Of a stretch of 64,000 bases of DNA, positions 13,605-26,679 are shown in pieces. A program made the position numbers and the translations under genes. The notes under the pieces were generated by a model. It did not search any database. It saw only the letters and a program-made list of their open reading frames with translations, and had not been told where the DNA came from. How positions within the stretch are numbered: the first letter of the stretch is position 1; the number at the start of each line of letters is the position of its first letter. Location of the stretch: assembly GCF_006345805.1 (NCBI RefSeq), contig NC_042997.1, forward strand, positions 2,976,001 through 3,040,000, in the 5' to 3' direction. The stretch comes from Octopus sinensis (Eukaryota).

Positions 13605-13761
13605 ATCTGAGTTCTATTTCCGCCGAGGTCGACTTTGCCTTTCATCTTTTAGGGGTCGATAAATTAAGTACCAGTTACGCACTGGAGTCGATGTAATCGA
13701 CTTAATCCCTTTCTCCGTCCTTGTTTTTCCCCTCAATGTTTAGCCCCTTGTAGGCAATAAA
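13605..13761 (+). mobile_element. SINE family B, 5'-truncated
   Basis: ctgagttctatttccgccgaggtcgactttgcctttcatc...ggggtcgataaattaagtaccagttacgcactgg is the reverse complement of 62835-62992. Confidence 0.85.
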
Positions 13762-15660
13762 CACTTTAACTGAACCTAAACGCATATACATATAAAAAGA
13801 AAGAGAAAAGTTCAAGAGAAAATTTCATTCGGATAATCATTAACACAGCGATACATGTTATTTAGTGATTTGTCTTCGATGAATTTTTAAATAAATCTAA
13901 ATCGTAATCAAGTAAATCCGTCGAGTATTAACAGGAAAATTGTAAATGCATTACGATTTAACTGTCTATCAAGAGATATATTTCGTAATTGAAGAATAAT
14001 AAATATTTCATCTGAGACAATATATAATCTATAAGATACATACTGTGCTAGTATAAATAATTTGGCATAGAAAGGGAATAAATACAACTGGCGTCACATT
14101 TCAAATGAAAGCAATGGCTTATCTTTCCCGATTGCAAAATAACTAGAATTTCAAAAACCGAATGTCAATTCAAAATGCAGATTCCTGAATGATGGAGAAA
14201 AAGGAAAATAAATTATTTTAAAAATCTTACATATTTACCTGAGAAACGCAGAACAGAAATTTAAATTCACGGAATATGACTGAAGTACAAATGAAAACCT
14301 ACATCACATAACCATCAAGTTTGCATCTTACATTCAATACCCTTCATTTTTAATGTAACGGCGAAATGTATGTGTATGTGCGCGTGTGTGTCTATGTGAC
14401 CGCACGCGCCTGTACGTGTGTGAGGTTTGTGCTCTTGTTCAATATGTGTGACCGAATTCAGTTTAAAGTAAATATTAAACAATATAATGTCTAGTCACTG
14501 ACTCTGGTTCTTAATATTTCAGCGTATATTATATAAGTCTGCATTGGTTTCCCAGTAACATTAACAAAATAAAATATTTTTTTTTTATTTTAGCGCACGC
14601 TAATTTTTTTATCCTTGTGTGAACATGTTTTTTACGTTAAGATATACAATAGAAATTTCACTTTAAATGAGTGTTAGTGTGTCCCTGTGTGCATGTTCGA
14701 ATGTTTGTGTGTTTGTGTATGTGGTTTATGTGGGTATATGACTGTTTGAATACAGTTTCATATTGTTATATACAAAATACGACTAAATCAAAAAAGAACC
14801 CTGAAACAAAGCTTCAGAAGAATAAACTGCAAATAATGTACAAGATGGTGGGCTATAATACCTGAAGTTATATGATTATCAGATTTTATATTATACAGGA
14901 AATAAGCGAATGAAATTGTGTATTAGGAAGAGTCATGAACCTGATAAAGGATCAGTGGTATATAAAGAAAATCTCTATCACAATTACGGTAATGAAGCTG
15001 AATTATATCGGAATAATACGGTTTCGTGAAGCAGACATAGACTAACACTATTAAGAATGCATAATAATTTACATCCACGAAGCCGTACATAGCAATAACA
15101 GAAGTGCAAGGGATTATTCAATGAAACATAATACACTTGGCCACAGAAAATTTGAGGAGAATATAATATGCATTTCCAGGAAGGTCAATGCCGGAAACAC
15201 TGAAGTAGAAGACGTTAGGAAACAAAAGAATGAAGTAAGCGGAAAGCACATTTTAACATGTACAATGATTCAGACAAGAATGTATCATGAGAATAAGGTG
15301 ATATAAAGAAATATTTCAAATATCGCTGGATTACGAATCCCTTGCAGTGCAATCGAAAATGAAGTCTTACAGAGAGAATGCAGCGATATACAATAAGTCG
15401 AGAGTTTCGTGCCATAGGAACAATATGCCACTTATTCAGTATGCCAATGCAGAAAATGCTAAAAAGTTTTCAAGAGACAATTTGAAAAGACACATATACA
15501 TCAGTTTCAAATATATTAAATTCTCTGCATTTTATGTGTTGCATCGAATTTTAAAACAATTTATTCAGACTTTCTTATCAATATTTTCCATCTTTGTTAT
15601 ATGTGTTGTAAATTGGAGAGTATTATATTTCGCTTGAAGCATTGTGTATTGTTTTTAAGG

Positions 15661-16198
15661 AATAAAGTAATTTTGAATGGTACAACAATGCACTATAATA
15701 TTAAAAATATGGACTATATACCTGTTATAATTTAACTATCCATAGTCCGATGATATTTCGGAATATATTTCCTTCTTCAGATATTCTTAGATGGAGTCGC
15801 TGCTATAATCGGTTTTCAGGCACACTTAATTTTACACATATTGTGCATAAAGTGCACAATGAATGGCTTTTTGTAGTAGGTGTTTTGGGGAATGATAAAG
15901 TCAATTTCAGGTGAGTCCAAGATTTATTGTGGTCTTAAGTCATACTATATAACATAATATGTTTGTGTGTGCGCGTGTAATATAAATACGTATATTTGCG
16001 TGCGTGTGTGTGTATTTGTGCAAAGAAGAGAAAAGTAAGTGTGCCTAAAGCCGATTAGAGCAGCGAATCCATCTAAGAATATCTGTGGAAGGAATTGTAT
16101 TCCGAAATATCGGACTGTGGATAACTAAATTTTAACAATGATATAGTCCAATTTTTTAATATTATAGTGCATTGTTGTACCATTCAAAACTTTTTATT
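15661..16198. mobile_element. Fold-back element with about 165-bp inverted arms carrying hammerhead cores
   Basis: 15661-15828 is the reverse complement of 16036-16198 (ttttgaatggtacaacaatgcactataatattaaaaa / tttttaatattatagtgcattgttgtaccattcaaaa). Left arm minus strand reads CTGAAGA-a-ggaa-atata-ttcc-GAAA. The right arm core is degenerate (CTGTGGA). Confidence 0.85.
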
Positions 16199-17066
16199 CT
16201 TTAGTGTAAATTGATATCAGCAACACAACGTTTGACCAAACAAAGTAGCATCATCATCATCATATTTAAATGATGGTCATTGCTCCCAAGTGTGGCTTGG
16301 AATTGTTTCCCTTATGTGAATTATAAATTCAATTGATAGAGACAACAATGATTGAAAGACAACACTGAACTGTGCATTTAGTTACGACAATCGATGAGTT
16401 GAAATCGAGACTTTTCAAAAATGTTCCTTCGTCTAATCTTGAAATGTCTCCTTTAAATCAAATACACATGAGAATAATATCCTTTCCGATTGATTAGCTT
16501 GAGTCTAGACTGACCGTGGAATGAGACTGATGCAGGACAGATGCTTACTCAGAATCGAACAGCGTACACGACTACATATAGAGTATGAGACAATTGTGAA
16601 GAAACAATAATACACCTTCCTTTGGGTTGCCTTATTGCAGAAAAAGACACATATATTTTACAATAATAATTGTTTGTTTGGAAACACACACTTGCGCAAA
16701 TTTATTCATACCCTTGTATACGTGTATACATATATGCATACGTACTTTAAGCATATAAATTTGTAATACATTTCTGTCTTGCTTTCAATTTACATAATCA
16801 TTTATGCGTAGTTGGCTATTACTTGAATCAGTTTAATGGTCGAACACATATATGTGTGTGTGCGCGCGCGTGTAAGATTAATATGTATGTTTGCGCGCGC
16901 GCGTGTGTGTATGTATGCATAAAGAAGGGAAAAGTAAGTGTGAACGAAAACACCCACTTCTCGCAAAATAGTTCCAAAAGATTTCTTTAAGTGTGACACA
17001 AATTGTGCATATACTTAAAACTATCAAGAGGGTATCATATCAACTAACTGTACAAAAACTGCTCAG

Positions 17067-17163
17067 TGAATGACCTTTTGTAGTAGGTGTTTTGGGGAAT
17101 GATAAAGTCAATTTCAGGTGAGGCCAAGACTTATTGTCGTCTCAAGTCATATTATACAACATA
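17067..17163 (+). repeat. About 97-bp direct duplicate of 15860-15956
   Basis: ttttgtagtaggtgttttggggaatgataaagtcaatttcaggtgag is identical in both copies. Confidence 0.9.
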
Positions 17164-18301
17164 GAGAAATTAAAATATTAATTATAACTCATGATCAATG
17201 GTCTATGTTCAAAATATAAATGCAGCAACAGACAAAAAGGTTTGAAACCCATGCACACAAGAAAAATGATAAACTAAATAAAGAATAACGTACAGTTCGC
17301 GTGAATAAAATAATACATTCATTTTCAGAAGAGGTGTATGTTCGTTTATTATATGAATATGTTTAGCTAACTGGCTAAAGACGCTACTATGGCGTTATGT
17401 TCATGGACAATTTGAAAGGAAAATAAAATTATGTCAAAATAAATTTAGATTCGCCTGGGTTAACATGTTTCTGACCAATACCTGCAAATAAATATGGAAA
17501 TCTAAAAAACTAAAGTATGTATGCATGTAACATATCTGTGAAGTTTTAATGCAAAAAAAAACAAGAAAAAACAAATAGAAAATATACTTGTGAAAAAAGA
17601 AGGAAGAAGTACAAAAATGCAACAGAATACAAAATTATGTATACCGAACGAGCACCAAAAGTACCATAAATTATGAGACACAAAGCTGGGCCATTGTCCC
17701 CCCCCCTGTCGGTATAGCTTAATAGCGATGCCTTTCGTGGAATAATAATTAACTTTTTCTACCTCCATAAATAGAAAAATATCATTCCATGTGATTAACT
17801 AAGCAAATAACAGACAAATGGAAAACTTAAATACTTCGACTACATACTGAAGCCAGAACTAAAAGCTTCACATGTAAATATCCTCTGAATCTTGAGTAAG
17901 AATCATATAGCAATTATTTAATAGAATAATTCTAATGCATAGCAGGTTTTTACAAATATATTAGTGTCTGTCTATAACCTATAGGTAAAATGTGCATTTG
18001 TGTTTTCTTCACTTTTATCTTATTTTACTTTGAGCATTATTACTAAAATTTGGAATACAAAACCGCCTACATTTCAATCGTCCATGATCACTGACTAGCA
18101 AACTTTGACTAGTTACGCAGTTGCATTGAAAAAAAATAGATATTTACTTTCAGCAAAATCGGAAAACACGCTTGATATAATTGCACATTAACAATATAAC
18201 ATATATACATGTTATAAACCAAAGGAAATGAGGGAGTCGATGGTAATTACATAGTATAAGGAGGATTTTAAAATGTTGTAACAAAATGTATAACCAGATA
18301 C

Positions 18302-18349
<48 letters not shown>

Positions 18350-19349
18350 ATATATATATGTACAAAATCCATTTATTACGTAGAAAATAACGTAAATTAG
18401 CAGTAACAGTGTACCCGTTATAGAACAGAAAACAAAGCACAAGAAAATCCCTGAAGGTAGCCATTGAAAAACGTACGCTTTTCCGTAATTTGAATACGCT
18501 ATATGAAAACGATAAAAAAAATTATACTGCAAAAGCTGTTCTGAAGAAATCCGATGGTCCGTTTATATGCATATACATGTCTCCATCACCAAAACCACGA
18601 CACACATCCATAGCAGTTGCACAATTTCTCTTTACCTCTCTCTCTCTCTCTCTCTCTCTACTAACTATCTATCTATCAATCTATCACTCCCTATCTCACT
18701 CTCTCCATACATATATGTACATATATACATATATAGTTCTATGTTCATTAAATGTGTTTCTGCACAAAACCCAAACCAAATATGTATGCAGAAGAAACGT
18801 GGAGTGTCTAGCTTGAGGCATAAAACCTAAATATACACGGAAGGTTTGGAGTTCTGCTCCTCGACAACAAATTTTCGTTTGCTCCATCGAATATATTATA
18901 TTTCACTAATTTAATGTCGAAATTATCGTGTAGTTCAGAAAAATGGTAATATGTAGTTAATTCCTAAACAGAATATGCATGCAACAATGTCTGTCAAATC
19001 TATCTTACTGAAATATCTCGTTCATTGTTTCTGGCTGCCATATTTCTCTCATATAGCATGTGTTGGGCAAAGGTAAATATACGTGTGTGTGTATGTTTGT
19101 GTGTGTGCATATGTGCGTTCGTAGGTGTGTGTGTATGTCTGTGTGCGAGTGTGTGCGTAGGTGTATGTGGATATTTTACCTCTTTGTTTTCTTTTCTTTT
19201 GTATCATTTTTAATCAGTTGAGACAACAATTTTCTAGAGACTATTAGCGATGCATAACCTACTTCCCTTCATCATCTCAAAGGAATATAATGATTTGACC
19301 ACTGGTGCTTTGTTCAGCTTAGAAAATTAATAAATATTCCAACGTTGAA

Positions 19350-19620
<271 letters not shown>

Positions 19621-20499
19621 ATATGTTTGTATTTATAGGTTAACAAAGGTTACCAAAGTGACGGAGGTTGCAGACCAGCACCGATTATGCTGAAAATAAA
19701 AGTTTAAATTAATTCTGAAGCCATTAAAGCAGTAAATTAATGACTGACAAATTGAGGTGAATCCTTAGCGTACATAGCCGTATAGTAATTTCTAATTTTT
19801 GGTGTAGAAAACCTTAATTCTCATCAGTGCCTCTTAACGACTAAGATTAAAATAAACTTCCCTTGTCAATCATATAAGAGCCGCTGTTTCGTAGCTAGGG
19901 ACGTACCTCCATTTGTCAGTCATTATGTTTGTGCTTTAGTGGCTTTAGAATTAATTAAAATGTCCGCAACTTTTATGACTTCTAACATTTTTGCATTTCA
20001 GTTTTGCTTGTACGCCACCCTTTTAATTTATATATATATGATTGAAAAATAGGATAAAATATTTATAAGAATTTATCAAGTAGTTAGCGTGAAAAATCTC
20101 ATAAGGGAAAACTTTATTAATTGTTCCTTTTAAACATATTTATATCTTCTAAAGGCATTACTGTACATAAATGCCTCACGCTAGGAGGGACTCTTAAAGT
20201 CAAAACTACCATAATAAACATATTGTACCGAACGCGAGGGAATGCAACTCTCGAAGCGAGCCTTTTAGATCCAGATTCAGCAGCAGATCATAACTATTGC
20301 TCCGACTGGTGAGAGATAGATATCATCTAGTGTACGTTCTATAAAGATACGAGCTGTTAATAACTCATGCATTGGAGTCGGAAATATAAGTAATGTTTTA
20401 TAATATGCCTTGAATCTCCAAACAATCTCCTTGCTCTTTACAGATCAGGAACGAAACAAGTCACGAGTAAAGTGAGAAGGAAGAGTGGAAGACACGGAA

Positions 20500-20800
20500 A
20501 AAGATAAGAAAATCAGAAAATCAGTAATTTTTTCATTTACCGTGAAACCGCAAGAAAGTGAAAGAGCTAATTTGGTTAAGCATGTATGAAGATTGATAAA
20601 CCACTCCACACCATAAAATATCAAGTGTAGAATCCTCAAGGAATCTATGCCATATGGTAAAGGGTCGAAAGAATGCACCTAATGCGTAGCTTAAAGTTCG
20701 AATATTCTTTTAGGCTTTAAGATCTATGAATTCAACGGCACTACTGAATTCCAAGGTAAACATTTTCAATAGATGCAAGCACACGCACAAGTTTCTCTTT
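20500..20800 (+). mobile_element. Penelope-like element, C-terminal GIY-YIG region remnant
   Basis: NLVKHV*RLINHSTP*NIKCRILKESMPYGKGSKECT*CVA followed by LLNSKVNIFNRCKHTHKFL. This resembles the LSKHIWELK...C.LC..E...LN.RSE..KCRH.NK end of PLE ORFs. Confidence 0.75.
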
Positions 20801-21281
20801 AGGAAGAGGAGTATACCACCCTCTCCGGATTCAGCAACTTTGTAACACTCTTCGCTATATTAATCTACAACAAATTTATATAATAGTTTACAGTCGAAGG
20901 CGACATAACACTAATACTCTCCTTTTCATTTTCTTTTCTTTCCCGCTTCTCAGTTTTGCATCCCCCTTTTGCCATGATTCCCTTGATACAATATCCTGAT
21001 TCTGAGATTTAATAGGATATGTGCTCAGAGCCAGAGGAGTGTTAAGAGACACAAGGCATGCAATAAAAATTGCTTAAACTTTTGTCTGCTATGCATGAAA
21101 CTTAGTAGTTCGTAACATTATAACATATGCATTACATACCTACATACATTCATACACACACACACACACACACACAGAGATATATATATATTGTTTTATT
21201 TCAGGATGATCATTTTATTTATTTATCCATTTGCTAATTAAGCACACGCGCTATTTGGCGAAAAACTAAATATATAAAATA

Positions 21282-21687
21282 GGAGCAAGAGTGCCTGTGT
21301 CGTAAGTAGCGTACCTAACAACCACATGGTGCCGGGTTACGTTCCACTGCGTGGTATTTTGGGTAAGCGTCTTCTACTATAGCCTCGGGCCTACCAAAGA
21401 CTTCTGAGTGGATTTTGTAGAAGGAAACAGAAAGAAGCCCCTCGTATATATATATTTGTATATGTATGTGTGTATATGTTTGTGTGTCTGTATTTGTCCA
21501 CCACCATCGCTAGAGAACCGATGTTGCTGTGTTTACGTCCCTGTATCCTAGTGGTTCAACAAAGAGACCGATAGATCAAATACTAAGCGTTCAATGAATA
21601 AATTCTGGTGTCCATTTGTTCGACTAAACGTGGTGCTCCAGAATAGTCGCAGTAAAATAAATGAAACATAAGAAAGAATAAAAGAAT
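21282..21687 (+). mobile_element. SINE family A, full-length copy
   Basis: tRNA-like head (gtgcctgtgtcgtaag...gggttacgttcc), internal TA/TG tract and aagaataaaagaat tail. Homologous to 1-157, 12101-12557 and 23511-23921. Confidence 0.85.
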
Positions 21688-21794
21688 CCCGCAATAAATC
21701 AATATCTGTTTCAAATCAGGAATTTTGCAAAACGAATTGATATACTTAACGACACACGCACACACACACACTCACGAACACACACGCACACACG

Positions 21795-21882
<88 letters not shown>

Positions 21883-21887
<5 letters not shown>

Positions 21888-22105
21888 GAGAGGATGCTGA
21901 ATTGTTTTTGGCGGTAACGGTATCACGCAAGATGACTTATCGGGACCCAAATTTCCAAATTCTATTACAGGGTTTAGAAAAGCTAGAAGACCGCTGTAAT
22001 AGGTTTGTGGATTATAGAGAGGAATATATTGAATAACACGTACTAAACTGATTCTCTTCTATTTGTTGTTATGGAAAGCCAGGAATTTTTCTGCGCAACT
22101 CCTAC
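21883..22105 (+). mobile_element. Internally deleted mariner element (MITE-like)
   Basis: C-terminal transposase LQGLEKLEDRCNRFVDYREEYIE* matches the mariner G..KL..RW.KC....GDYVE end. Degenerate TIRs acgagaggatgctgaattgtttttggc / gccaggaatttttctgcgcaactcct. Inserted beside (TA)n. Confidence 0.75.
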
Positions 22106-23510
22106 ACACACAAAAACACCTGCGCTGTTAGAACCTCAGGTAAAAGTTATATTAGCAAATAAAGAAATACCTATAGATTAACTATTAGAAATTAATATAC
22201 ACACACTGTGGTGTTAAATAAATATATCTTGTAAAGTTAAACTTCTTACGTAAGCATAATTTCAATCCTTACTGGAACTGTAATAGTTGAGGAGTCAATA
22301 TACAAATAAATGCATACCAGTAGCATTAGAAATGTAGAAATAATCATAATATATCTATATTCGAAACGCTTTCGCTATAGAAAGAAGTTTATGAAATTTT
22401 AATAGATTTAATATGTGAATTGTATGCAAAAGAAGAAACTTACTTCCATAAATTTTATTTGTTAACCTATATATGTTTGTCATAAATTAGTTTATTTATT
22501 GAACTTTTACGCGGAAATAATTTTGAGTTATCAATATACTACCGAATGTAATATGCTGCCTCATCACCAACACTCCTGGTCACAACGCCAGATAGTGAGG
22601 GTAAACGCTTAAAATAGTTATAAATGTTGACAATACAAACAAAAAATTGCACAAAGATTTTGTAATGATAAGAGTTGTATGTATGCAACCAAATTTCACA
22701 AAATACGTTTCAAATAAGAACTTTGTCAAGTGGATATTATGACATAAAATTTATACTCAAATCTAGCACACTTATCCACCGAATTATGATCACATAGAGT
22801 TATGAAAAATATTCAAAATATTTAAACGAAATTATTAGACATGAAGTTGACTTCGTCTTCTAAGAACTGTCTCTCATTGACAAATTATCAATAGAAATAC
22901 AAATTTAATCCGGCGTCGAGAAAGATGTGAACATCAATTTATCTAATGTATTTCAAATAAATTAAGTAGAAAACACATCAATTTACAAAAAAATGTGTGT
23001 ACTTCCTAATAAATGCCCACACAGTTAGATGTAAATCCAGGAAATCGAATAAGAATATAAAGAAACACTCAGAAACCATAAGAAAAAAATGAAAATGATT
23101 TTCAGTTTTACAGAGAATCAATAATGAAAGACAATTGAAGCACAGTTGCATATAAGAAAAGAGAAAAAAATCAGAAATACAACAAAGTGCTTAAAATAGT
23201 AAAAAAAAAAAATCAGAATTGAAATATTATATCTAGCTAATAAGTCGTCGTTATGTCGATATGAAAATCGAAAATGCTTTCTCTTCTCTAGAATGCAAAG
23301 AAGTGTAATCCAAATTATAACAACGCAACCGAAACTGAAGTAAAAACGAGAGAGAAGGATACATTAGCACAAGGAGGACAATGTGGAACATGTTTCAAAA
23401 GATTATACTTAGAGACTAAAGCTGAGAATTTATGTATGTTGAAGGCACCAAGATGTTTAGCTATCATGCCTGTATAGTGCATAGAATGAAATCTTGAACG
23501 AAACATTATA

Positions 23511-23921
23511 CTCTTTATTCTTTTACTCTTTTACTTGTTTCTGTCATTTGACTGTGGCCATGCTGGAGCATCGCCTTTAGTCGATCTAATCCAGTCCAGG
23601 ACTTATTCTTTGTAAGCCTAGTACTTATTCTATTGTCCCCTTTTGCCGAACCGCTAATTTACGGGGATATAAACACACTAGCATCGCTTGTCAAGCGATG
23701 TTGGGGGTGGGGTCAAACAGACACACAACCATATCCACACGCATACATATATATACATATATATGGCGGGTTTCTTTCAGTTTCCGTCAACGAAATTCAC
23801 TCACAAGGATTCAGTCGGCACGAGGCTATATCAGAAGACACTTGCCGAAGGTGCCACGCAATTGGACTGAACCCGGAACCATGTGGCTGTTAAGCAAGCT
23901 ACTTACCACGCCACCACTACT
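23511..23921 (-). mobile_element. SINE family A, full-length, least diverged copy
   Basis: Minus strand reads gtggtggcgtggtaagtagcttgc...catggttccgggttcagtcc (A and B box-like)...gcaagtgtcttc...cgactaaaggcgatgctccagcatggcc...aaacaagtaaaagagtaaaagaat. Confidence 0.9.
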
Positions 23922-24609
23922 AATATAATAATTGTAAAATTCAGGCAAATCTTAACGTTTCGCCGAAAAAGCTTACAAAATATTCAACGCAAACAACCAG
24001 ATATGCTGAAACCAAACAGAAAAAAAATAGTATTTGAAATCAGTTGACAGTCCCCACGACCCCACGATAAAAGAAATACGTATACACAGTACATTCCACT
24101 TTTTTAATGTACATATTACTGCACACAATGTCTCAACAACAGAACTTAAGCATGTGATAAAAACGCTACTCATGCAAACGCGCAGCACTACTTGCCAATC
24201 ACATCCTCTACGCATGTATGTACGAAGATAATTTTCAGAACAAAAAAAAACACAAAAGTGTGAATATGACAAGGATTAATTAGCAGAAAGTATTTTATAA
24301 TCTTATATTTATGACATCTACAAATATTAGATATGACAAAGGTAGCTATTATCGCAGGCTTCTACATTAGAATATTATGAACAGAATGAAAAAAAGTTTT
24401 ACAGATTGACATAAAGAAGGAGAGAAGCGTTTTGTGCAAAATAAATAATGAAGCAAACAACATGAGAAATAATCAGATGAAATTTTGATGTATCGAAAGT
24501 GGCATAATGTGATAGAAATAATTGTTTCTCTACGGACAGGTAACCAACTTTAGTTACTTTACTAATCCATAGATATTAAAGAACGCATATATAAAAAATA
24601 CATACATAC

Positions 24610-24727
<118 letters not shown>

Positions 24728-24835
24728 GTATATATATATGTATATATATATACATACACACATACATATATATATGTATATGTATATATATATGTATATA
24801 TATACATACATACACACATACACAGACACACACAC

Positions 24836-24903
<68 letters not shown>

Positions 24904-25013
24904 AAAGTTTGCGAAAAAACAAAAGACGAAGACAGGTGGTGTACAAAACAAAGAGATGTATTAGTATAACGCTCAGGAATAGAAAGAGTCTTTATACATA
25001 TATATAACAGTTC

Positions 25014-25129
25014 TAACTACGAAGGTGGATTCCTAATATACTAGAAGACGTCGAATGTCCTTAGGACGATGAATGGCAAGAGGATTTAACGTCTTTGTCT
25101 AAGATATTGTGAATCCACCTTGGTGGTTA
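25014..25129. repeat. About 115-bp imperfect palindrome (MITE-like)
   Basis: taactacgaaggtggattc / gaatccaccttggtggtta, with inner aatat..ctag..aagacgt / acgtcttt..ctaa..atatt. Confidence 0.7.
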
Positions 25130-25276
25130 TTCCTTTTATATATGCATGCAATATAATTTCTTAATTTTCGGATATTTTAAGTATGATATGCCACTGGTTT
25201 AAATTGATATTACTTAATATTAATTTGTACCCTCATTATTTAACTTTATACACACACAAATGTATATGTATATATG

Positions 25277-25324
<48 letters not shown>

Positions 25325-25473
25325 TACATTCATATACATCCATATCTATAAACATACATATACATATATATAGATATAAATATATATATATATATATATA
25401 CAAATATGTATATATATATATATAATATATATATATTATATATATATATATATATGTATATACATATATATAT

Positions 25474-25533
<60 letters not shown>

Positions 25534-25549
25534 ATTATATATGAAATTA

Positions 25550-26440
25550 TAGAAGAAATATGCACAATGTTTATATAGTGTTAATATATCATGCGTTTAA
25601 TATATTTTATAAAGGGCAGAATATTGTTTGTCGACTGTTTTCGCTTATGCTAATCATGATCTTGAAATTATTGTAATTTCGCATTTGTTCAAGAAGATAT
25701 TCGTCCATGTCATATGTTGGGGTTTGTTAAGGAAACTAATCAACTGGTGGAAATATCTAAGGGGAGGTAATTTGTGATTATTGTTATTTAGGACAGGGAA
25801 GGTAACTGCTTATTTTGCAAGAATGCTCGGGATTCCTATTTAAATAAGGTTCAAAGTTAAAACTTCAATTGTGCTTCCCAGAATCTAATCTGAGTTATAT
25901 TTGTTAATGTTGTGGACACAACTATATTGAACAGCAAGTATGGTACTTAGATGGAGAACGACACTACATAAGGAAATAATTTACTTACAATAGTACAAAG
26001 GGGTTCTTTGAACGAAGAAATAGAGAGATGTACAGGTAATATGGAATCAATTTTCACATTCAACCCCATCTACCATTGCAAAGAAACACTCTCTGTACAA
26101 GAACGTTTAAATAAAGTGAATTTATTTATTGAAAACTACAGAACACGCATAAATATGAACGTATAACAAACTTTGATCTCAGTATATATCTTAGCGCATA
26201 TTCACATAAAAAACACTTTAAATATTTCATTTCAATATTTTAGCTTTTGAGTTCTGTAATTTAATTACCCCGCTCCCTCAGAATTAGCAATTAGCTCTCT
26301 TGACCGGAATATTATCGACCACCAATTACAATAATTTCAAGGTATTGATTAACGAAACCGAAACATTTCCCCAAATAATACTTTATCATTGATAAAATAT
26401 ATTTAAAAATATTATGTAAACTGCGTGCATTTCCCTTCTT
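25550..26440 (+). mobile_element. 5'-truncated Penelope-like insertion: inverted pLTR, GIY-YIG remnant, forward pLTR
   Basis: An exact 18-bp inverted match cttgaaattattgtaatt (25661-25678) / aattacaataatttcaag (26324-26341) sits within longer diverged inverted arms enclosing the endonuclease relic. Confidence 0.8.
25861..26154 (+). pseudogene. Penelope GIY-YIG endonuclease pseudogene fragment
   Basis: NFNCASQNLI*VI...CGHNYIEQ, SMVLRWRTTLHKE, and IERCTG...FTFNPIYHCKETLSVQERLNKVNLFIENYRTRIN match the C.S.N.IY.I.C..C...YIG.T...R...H...R...E..FI....LN pattern, with frameshifts. Confidence 0.85.
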
Positions 26441-26458
26441 TTAGTTCATACATACATA

Positions 26459-26568
<110 letters not shown>

Positions 26569-26570
26569 GT

Positions 26571-26679
<109 letters not shown>

